Assembly (NCBI GenBank): GCA_013336275.1
Contig: JAAXUA010000004.1
Location: 47,460-111,459 of the forward strand
Source: Candidatus Falkowbacteria bacterium
Lineage (GTDB): Bacteria > Patescibacteriota > Patescibacteriia > Patescibacteriales > GWE2-39-37
Length of the DNA stretch: 64,000 nucleotides
Reading direction: 5' to 3'
Position numbers and translations under genes: made by a program. The notes below the pieces were generated by a model. It worked only from the letters and a program-made list of their open reading frames with translations, was not told the DNA's origin and did no database searches. Below, one piece after another: positions 58,049 through 64,000 of this stretch. How positions within the stretch are numbered: position 1 is the stretch's first letter; each line of letters starts with the position of its first letter.

Positions 58049-59215
58049 ATGCAACAACCAATCGACCAGAACTACAGCGGCAAGCTGATCGTCATCGACG
58101 GCACTGACGGCTCGGGCAAGGCGACCCAGGCCCAGCTTTTGACTGAACGCCTGAAACGCCTCGGCTACGAAGTCGCCCTGGTCGATTTTCCGCAATACGG
58201 CAAGAAATCAGCCGGACTGGTCGAAGAGTACCTCAACGGCAAATACGGCACCGCCGACGAAGTCGGTCCCTACCGCGCCTCGATTTTCTACGCCGCCGAC
58301 CGCTACGATGCCAGCTTCCAGATCCGCAAATGGCTCGAAGAAGGCAAAGTCGTCATAACCAACCGCTACGTCACGGCCAATATGGGGCACCAAGGCGGCA
58401 AGATCAGCGATCCGGTCGAGCGTCAGAAATACTTCAATTGGCTCTACCAGCTAGAGTATGAGCAGTTCGGCATCCCCAAGCCGGACCTGAACCTGATTCT
58501 CCATGTCGACGCGGCTGTCGCGCAGCAGCTTGTCGATCAGAAGGGACACCGCGACTACGTCGGCGGCCAGAAGCGCGACATCCACGAAGCCGACCTCGAG
58601 CATCTGCGCAACGCAGAAAAAGTCTACTTGGAAATTGCCCAAAGCTTCCCTGGCTTCCAGCTGGTCGAGTGCAGCCCGCACGGCGCCATCCTTGACCGCG
58701 AGGCGGTCAACTGGCTGGTCTGGCAAGCGATAGCCCCGTTGCTCGGCCGCCAAGTCGTCAATCCTGCCAGCCCTGAAACTGCCAATCAGCCGCTATCTTT
58801 AAAAATAGAAAGACTGTCGTCCAGCGCCAAACTGCCTAGCCGTAGCTACACTGGCGACGCCGGCCTCGACCTGTTTTCCGACCAGGCGCATGACTTGATG
58901 CCCGGAGAAAAAAAGGTCATTGAGACCGGCATCAGGCTAGCATTGCCTCGCGGCTATGCCGGACTGGTCTGGGACAAAAGCGGCATCGCGACCCAAGGCA
59001 TCCACACTTTGGCCGGGGTCATCGATGAGAATTTCCGCGGCCCGCTAGCTGTCGTCTTGATCAATCTCAGCCAAGCCCCTTACCGCATTGAAGCCGGACA
59101 GAAAATCGCCCAGCTCCTGATCCAGAAAGTCGAGGCACCGGTAGTCATCGAGGAGCGGCTGATGGACAAGACCGAAAGGGTCGAAGGCCGATTCGGATCC
59201 AGCGGCTTATTTTAA
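58049..59215 (+). CDS. fusion protein: thymidylate kinase (N-terminal) and dUTP diphosphatase (C-terminal)
   Basis: Tmk: IVIDGTDGSGKATQ and FPQYG. Dut: GDAGLDL, GVIDENFRG and a terminal RFGSSG. I prefer the ATG at 58049. Confidence 0.85.
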   Translation: MQQPIDQNYSGKLIVIDGTDGSGKATQAQLLTERLKRLGYEVALVDFPQYGKKSAGLVEEYLNGKYGTADEVGPYRASIFYAADRYDASFQIRKWLEEGKVVITNRYVTANMGHQGGKISDPVERQKYFNWLYQLEYEQFGIPKPDLNLILHVDAAVAQQLVDQKGHRDYVGGQKRDIHEADLEHLRNAEKVYLEIAQSFPGFQLVECSPHGAILDREAVNWLVWQAIAPLLGRQVVNPASPETANQPLSLKIERLSSSAKLPSRSYTGDAGLDLFSDQAHDLMPGEKKVIETGIRLALPRGYAGLVWDKSGIATQGIHTLAGVIDENFRGPLAVVLINLSQAPYRIEAGQKIAQLLIQKVEAPVVIEERLMDKTERVEGRFGSSGLF

Positions 59216-59251
59216 AAGACGGTCCATAAAATAATAATTTCAAATATCCAC

Positions 59252-60652
59252 ATGAATACCCAACCACGCATCTATGCGCTGAAAAACTTGCCGCCGGAAG
59301 TCGTGGCCGTGACCTTCGCCAAGTGTTCCCGCTCGGCTGAACCTTTCGACCAGATTGCGGCCGAACTCAATGAGAACAAGTCAGCCGAATTCAACGAGAA
59401 GTGGGTGGTCAATTACGGCCATGGTTCGGTCGCCGAACACGCCTTCATGAACGTGGCTATCGAGAATGTCTCCTTGATGGCCGTTGAAGCCATCCAGGCC
59501 AACCGCCTCGCTTCCTATACCGAGAAATCCTCCCGCTACCAGGTATACAACCGCGACCGGGTCTACACCCCTGATATCATCGCCAACGATCCGGAAATCA
59601 GCCAGACCTACCAGGCGGTCATCGGACAGTTGTTCGACCTATATGAAAAATCGCTCGAACCGATCCGCCTCGCCATAATGGAACTCTATCCCAACAAGCT
59701 CGGCGACCCTGATCCGGTCTATCAGGCCAAGATCAAATCCAAGTGGATCGATGTCTGCCGCTTCGCCTTGCCGAACGCAGTACTTGCTAACCTGGGCATG
59801 AGCACCAATGCCCGCACCATGGAATACGCGATAACCAAGATGCTGTCGCATCCGCTCGAAGAAGTCCGCCAGATCGGAAAAGACTTGAAGCGAGTAGCCA
59901 TGGAAGTCACTCCGACACTGGTCAAATATGCCGATGCCAATGAAGGCTACATCGCCAACGAACAGTTCGCCCATGCCAAGTCCCGCGAACTTTCACGCGG
60001 TATGGCTCGTCCGGAATTCAGTGACGACAACAAGCTCGAAGTCGAGCTGATCGAATATGATGCCGATGCCGAAGACAAGATCCTGGCTGGCATGATTTAC
60101 AAATACCAATCCCTAAGCTACTCCGACTGCCTTAAGCAGGCCAAGCGTTTGCCGCAAGAGGAAAAAGACCAATATTTCAAATCCGTCCTGGAAAAAGCGC
60201 GCAATATCTACGACAAACCGCCACGGGAATTCGAATATCCGTATTACACGTTCGACGTGCTGTTGGATCAAGGAGCCTATTACGACCTGAAGCGCAACCG
60301 CATCATGACTCAGACGCCGCAACTTTTGAATGGCTCTTACGGCTTTTTCACACCGAGGCTCTTCGACCAGGTCGGACTTGGTGACGAATACCGCTCGGTC
60401 ATGGAGCTGGCTCATGAATTCGCCCGCTTCGTGGCGCAAAAATATCCTTATGAGGCCCAATATATAACGACTAAGGCGACGGCTAGGCGCTTCGTCATGA
60501 AAATGAATCTGCGCGAGGCCTTCTACTTCATCGGCCTGAGATCTCGGCAGGGCGGCCACTTCACTTACCGGAAGGTCGCCCAGATGATGTACGACCAAAT
60601 CATGGCCGTCCACCCCAACTTGGCAAAATACATCATGATAGACAAAACCTAG
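59252..60652 (+). CDS. thyX: FAD-dependent thymidylate synthase ThyX, double-length form
   Basis: 466-aa ORF with two ThyX-like halves. ThyX-motif-like strings are RLASYTEKSSRY and KRNRIMTQTPQ. Confidence 0.75.
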   Translation: MNTQPRIYALKNLPPEVVAVTFAKCSRSAEPFDQIAAELNENKSAEFNEKWVVNYGHGSVAEHAFMNVAIENVSLMAVEAIQANRLASYTEKSSRYQVYNRDRVYTPDIIANDPEISQTYQAVIGQLFDLYEKSLEPIRLAIMELYPNKLGDPDPVYQAKIKSKWIDVCRFALPNAVLANLGMSTNARTMEYAITKMLSHPLEEVRQIGKDLKRVAMEVTPTLVKYADANEGYIANEQFAHAKSRELSRGMARPEFSDDNKLEVELIEYDADAEDKILAGMIYKYQSLSYSDCLKQAKRLPQEEKDQYFKSVLEKARNIYDKPPREFEYPYYTFDVLLDQGAYYDLKRNRIMTQTPQLLNGSYGFFTPRLFDQVGLGDEYRSVMELAHEFARFVAQKYPYEAQYITTKATARRFVMKMNLREAFYFIGLRSRQGGHFTYRKVAQMMYDQIMAVHPNLAKYIMIDKT

Positions 60653-60668
60653 CTCCGGACCATGATAT

Positions 60669-60700
60669 AAAAAAAACCGCAAACTGTTTGCGGTTTTTTT
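60669..60700 (+). terminator. intrinsic terminator after thyX (CCGCAAA/TTTGCGG followed by T7)
   Basis: Read from the sequence. The outer arms CATGATAT/ATATCATG extend the palindrome. Confidence 0.8.
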
Positions 60701-62075
60701 GATATCATGGGATAATATCGTAATGAGATTCACTCTCAAAATCGAAGAAAGGTTCTTGCTATTCACCATCGCCGTGCTTTTGGTGACTGGCGTTTGTCTT
60801 TACCTGACTTTACGCACCAACATCGAGGACATTTTAATCGAGGAGAAAGGCCAGGAGCTTTCGGCGATCACAACCAAACACGCTATGATGTCGTTGGAGC
60901 CTGACGATTTCACCAACCCTAACCAGGATGAAACCAATCAGACGTTCTCGATGCTCTATCAGATGATCAACATTGAAGGCGTAATGAGGATAAAGGTATA
61001 TGATCGGGCAGGCAAGATCGTCTACTCCGACGAACCGAAACTTATCGGCAAAAAATACCCGAATATCAATCTCAGCCAAGCGATGACCGGACAAAAAATC
61101 GCTGATGTCGAGGAAGGGGTCGAGGTTGAGAACGCATATGAACAAGATTACGGGAAGTATTTGGAAATCTACACCCCTATTTTCATGTCAGGCAGCCAAG
61201 TCGGCGTCATAGAATTATACTACAATCTAGATGAGCTGTTCTTGAAGATTGATAAATACAAGAACTACAGTTTAGCGCTGATCCTCTTTACTTTCTTATT
61301 CCTGTTTTTGGGAGAATATTGGAGCTTCAACTCGACATCGAAGCGCTTGGAAGAGGCCCACAAGAAAGAATTGGAATCGGCCGAACGCATCGCCAAGCTC
61401 AAAGACGAATTCGTCTTCATGGCCGCGCACGAACTCAGGGCGCCAGCTACGGTCATCAAAGGTTACGTCGACTTGCTCAATTCTGCGGCTGACTCCTCCT
61501 GCAAGAAGGTTATGCCCTATGTCGAAAAGATATTCGAGTCGAATGAACGCTTGATCGTCCTAATCAATGATTTGCTGGAAATCGCCCGAACCGAATCTGG
61601 CCATTCGAGCATCTCAGTAAAACCGATAACCCTCTCTCCGATCATCAAGGATGAGATCGAAAGGTACTCGCAGTTGGCCAAGGGTCAGAAGATAAAGATC
61701 GAATACCTTCCGAATGAACACATCCCCGAAGTGATGGCCAATGAGGACAAGCTCAAAGAGATTACTTCCAATTTGATTACCAACGCGATCAAATACGGCA
61801 AGAATGGCGGCAACGTCATAATCAGCCACGAGCTGCGCAATGGCGCCGTTGTCACTCACGTCGCTGATGACGGAATCGGAATCAATGCCGAAGACCAGAA
61901 AAACCTATTCCAAAAATTCTTCCGCTGCAGCGGTTCGGCTTGCAGTGTTGCCGGCACCGGCCTGGGACTTTTCATAACCAAAGAGCTAATCGAGAGAATG
62001 GACGGAAAAATATGGGTCACTTCGGAACCAGGCCATGGCTCGACCTTCTCTTTCAAATTGCCTCCTGCTATATAA
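60699..62075 (+). CDS. sensor histidine kinase
   Basis: TM helix, a periplasmic-type segment and a second TM helix. H-box FVFMAAHELRAP, N-box NLITNAIKYG and G-boxes DDGIGI / GTGLGL. The start may be 60723. Confidence 0.88.
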   Translation: MISWDNIVMRFTLKIEERFLLFTIAVLLVTGVCLYLTLRTNIEDILIEEKGQELSAITTKHAMMSLEPDDFTNPNQDETNQTFSMLYQMINIEGVMRIKVYDRAGKIVYSDEPKLIGKKYPNINLSQAMTGQKIADVEEGVEVENAYEQDYGKYLEIYTPIFMSGSQVGVIELYYNLDELFLKIDKYKNYSLALILFTFLFLFLGEYWSFNSTSKRLEEAHKKELESAERIAKLKDEFVFMAAHELRAPATVIKGYVDLLNSAADSSCKKVMPYVEKIFESNERLIVLINDLLEIARTESGHSSISVKPITLSPIIKDEIERYSQLAKGQKIKIEYLPNEHIPEVMANEDKLKEITSNLITNAIKYGKNGGNVIISHELRNGAVVTHVADDGIGINAEDQKNLFQKFFRCSGSACSVAGTGLGLFITKELIERMDGKIWVTSEPGHGSTFSFKLPPAI

Positions 62076-62168
62076 TTACTTTAATATTAGGCAAAAAAAG
62101 GCGCGATAAGCGCCTTGATTATTTTGCTTTTTTTAGCTAATATTAAGACATAATCACTTTTTTTCTCT

Positions 62169-63680
62169 ATGGATAAATTCGATGTAATTATTGGCCTTGA
62201 AATACACGCCGAACTCAAAACCCTCTCCAAGATGTTCTGCCGCTGCGACAACGACTCGATCGGCAAAGAACCGAACGTCAATGTCTGCCCTGTCTGCCTC
62301 GGCCACCCAGGGACATTGCCAGTGGCCAACAAACAGGCAATCGAATGGACGATCCTGGTCGGTCAAGCACTCCACTGCAAAGTTCATCAACTTTCAAAGT
62401 TCGACCGTAAGAATTATTTCTACCCTGACCTGCCAAAGGGCTACCAAGTCTCCCAATTCGACCTGCCTTTCGTTTACGGCGGCCATCTTGAAGTCGACGG
62501 AGAAAAGATTGAAATTACCAGGATCCATCTGGAGGAAGACACGGGCAAGCTCTCCCACCCTGCTGGCAAAGGCTTTTCATTGGTCGACTACAATCGTGCC
62601 GGCACCCCGCTGATGGAAATGGTCACCGAGCCAGTGATTCATGACGCGGCTACGGCCAAGAAATTCTGCCAGAACTACCAGCAGATACTGCGCTACCTCG
62701 ACATCTCGAACGCTGACATGGAAAAAGGCGAGATGCGCTGCGAGGCCAACGTCAGCATCCAAGAAAAAGGCAAGTGGCTCTATGAAGACGGATTAATCAA
62801 GCCGATCGGCGACTACAAGCTGAACCCGAAAGTCGAACTCAAGAATATCAACTCCTTCAAGGCGGTCGAGAAAGCTATCGAGTACGAGGTCGGACGCCAG
62901 CTTCAAGCCATCGAAGATGGCGAGAAATTGGTCCAAGAGACCCGCGGCTGGAACGAAGGCAAGCAGCAGACAGTGAGGCAACGCATCAAGGAAACCTCCG
63001 CTGATTACCGCTATTTCCCCGACCCTGACCTGCCGCCGCTGCGCATCTCCGATGAGCTCATCAAGGAGATACGAAGGGGCATGGTAGAGATGCCTCTATC
63101 AAAAAAGAAGCGCTTCCAAGAAGAATATAACCTATCAGACATCGACGCCGACATCCTGACTCAGGATAAAGCTCTGGCCGATTACGCAGAGAACGTCATC
63201 TCCGAGCTCCATGCGCGTCTGCTTGCCGATGGCGTTTCCGGACAAGAACAGAAAGATCGCCTAGCTAAGCTCACCTCCAATTGGCTGGTAAGCGAGCTAT
63301 TCAAGCATCTGAATAACGATGGCGTCTCGATCAAGGACCTGCATATTACCGCGGAAAACTTCGGTGAGCTCATAGCTCTCTTATTCGAAAATAAGATCAA
63401 TTCTTCAGCTGGGCAGAAAATCCTGGAACACATGTACCAGAAGGGCGGCGACCCAGAAGATATCATGAAAGAGCTTGGACTTGAACAGCTGGATGACGAC
63501 GGCCACCTGGAACAGATTGCGCGCGAAATCGTAGTCAAGTTCCCCGGCCAAGTCGAACAGTATAAAGCGGGCAAAGAGCAGCTGCTCCAATTTTTCGTCG
63601 GCCAGGCCATGGCCGCGACCAAAGGCAAAGGCAATCCGCCCAAACTCCAGGAATTATTCAAAAACATACTAAGCCACTAA
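62169..63680 (+). CDS. gatB: Asp-tRNA(Asn)/Glu-tRNA(Gln) amidotransferase subunit B
   Basis: 503-aa ORF with IGLEIHAEL, CPVCLGHPGTLP, DYNRAGTPLMEMVTEP and a YqeY-like tail. Confidence 0.95.
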   Translation: MDKFDVIIGLEIHAELKTLSKMFCRCDNDSIGKEPNVNVCPVCLGHPGTLPVANKQAIEWTILVGQALHCKVHQLSKFDRKNYFYPDLPKGYQVSQFDLPFVYGGHLEVDGEKIEITRIHLEEDTGKLSHPAGKGFSLVDYNRAGTPLMEMVTEPVIHDAATAKKFCQNYQQILRYLDISNADMEKGEMRCEANVSIQEKGKWLYEDGLIKPIGDYKLNPKVELKNINSFKAVEKAIEYEVGRQLQAIEDGEKLVQETRGWNEGKQQTVRQRIKETSADYRYFPDPDLPPLRISDELIKEIRRGMVEMPLSKKKRFQEEYNLSDIDADILTQDKALADYAENVISELHARLLADGVSGQEQKDRLAKLTSNWLVSELFKHLNNDGVSIKDLHITAENFGELIALLFENKINSSAGQKILEHMYQKGGDPEDIMKELGLEQLDDDGHLEQIAREIVVKFPGQVEQYKAGKEQLLQFFVGQAMAATKGKGNPPKLQELFKNILSH

Positions 63681-63691
63681 CCCTAAAAACT

Positions 63692-64000
63692 ATGTGGAAT
63701 CCATTCAAACCGAAGGTTTCTGCCATGGAAAAGACCGGATCTGACGGAAAGCCCGAATCCGATCTGACCCCTGAACAGATCAGGAAGGCCAATGAACGTC
63801 TTGAAGAGGCCCAAATCGACAAGGAAATCGACAAGGTCGTAAGCGGCATCGGTCCGGCCACCCCGGAAGATCTCAGGGCTGATAACCTGAGGATCATCAC
63901 CAACATCAATGAAATGCTCAAGCTCTGCTTTGCCGAGTTAGACAAGGTTGGCGGCGACCCCGCGAAACGTCAGGAAGTGAAAGACAGATATGCCAAGCAG
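63692..64000 (+). CDS. hypothetical protein; N-terminal 103 codons only, running off the right edge
   Basis: My own translation from the ATG at 63692: MWNPFKPKVSAMEKTGSDGKPESDLTPEQIRKANERLEEAQIDKEIDKVV... It stays open to position 64000. Confidence 0.5.
   Translation, partial: MWNPFKPKVSAMEKTGSDGKPESDLTPEQIRKANERLEEAQIDKEIDKVVSGIGPATPEDLRADNLRIITNINEMLKLCFAELDKVGGDPAKRQEVKDRYAKQ

Overview
This is a gene-dense bacterial chromosome segment that reads cleanly under the standard code, with TAA, TAG and TGA all ending well-supported genes. Hand counts of a few 60-nt lines give about 50-60% G+C in typical genes.

Most of the window is housekeeping:
- gap, rpsB-tsf, rpmE, prfA-prmC, rplY, a SEDS protein and gyrB
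- dnaX, dus, cysS, an MtaB-like radical-SAM enzyme and a DEAD-box helicase
- dnaB, ybaB-recR, rplU, secE-nusG-rplK-rplA and gatB

There are three tRNAs, all on the minus strand: Gln-CUG, Thr-UGU and Lys-UUU. I saw no rRNA, CRISPR array, transposase or integrase.

The repertoire resembles a small-genome, host-dependent lineage of the Patescibacteria/CPR type. It includes a stand-alone NuoF-like protein, PSP1, CapA, GH130, a TraD/VirD4-like ATPase, a double-length ThyX and many small hypothetical membrane proteins, and I recognised no multi-step amino-acid or cofactor biosynthesis operon. This is inference only.

Observations most worth a second look:
1. Orphan copies of the 3' ends of tRNA-Gln and tRNA-Lys sit just downstream of the intact genes. 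Both are fused to the same 16-nt GGGGC-loop-GCCCC hairpin. The Lys copy has its own near-consensus promoter and terminator.
2. A roughly 190-nt array of long perfect hairpins lies beside the tRNA-Gln locus, with no credible ORF.
3. The block next to tRNA-Gln carries two paralogous NADAR-like genes. Each is followed by an unrelated small ORF.
4. A roughly 1.9-kb island of about 30% G+C abuts the tRNA-Lys locus.
5. A membrane-anchored Clp/Hsp100 ATPase has a DnaJ-type zinc finger, and the catalytic motifs of its first AAA module are all substituted.
6. A dTTP-synthesis gene cluster contains a Tmk-dUTPase fusion.
7. A 380-nt stretch has contradictory coding signals on its two strands.

All functional calls rest on motif recognition by eye, because no database search was possible.
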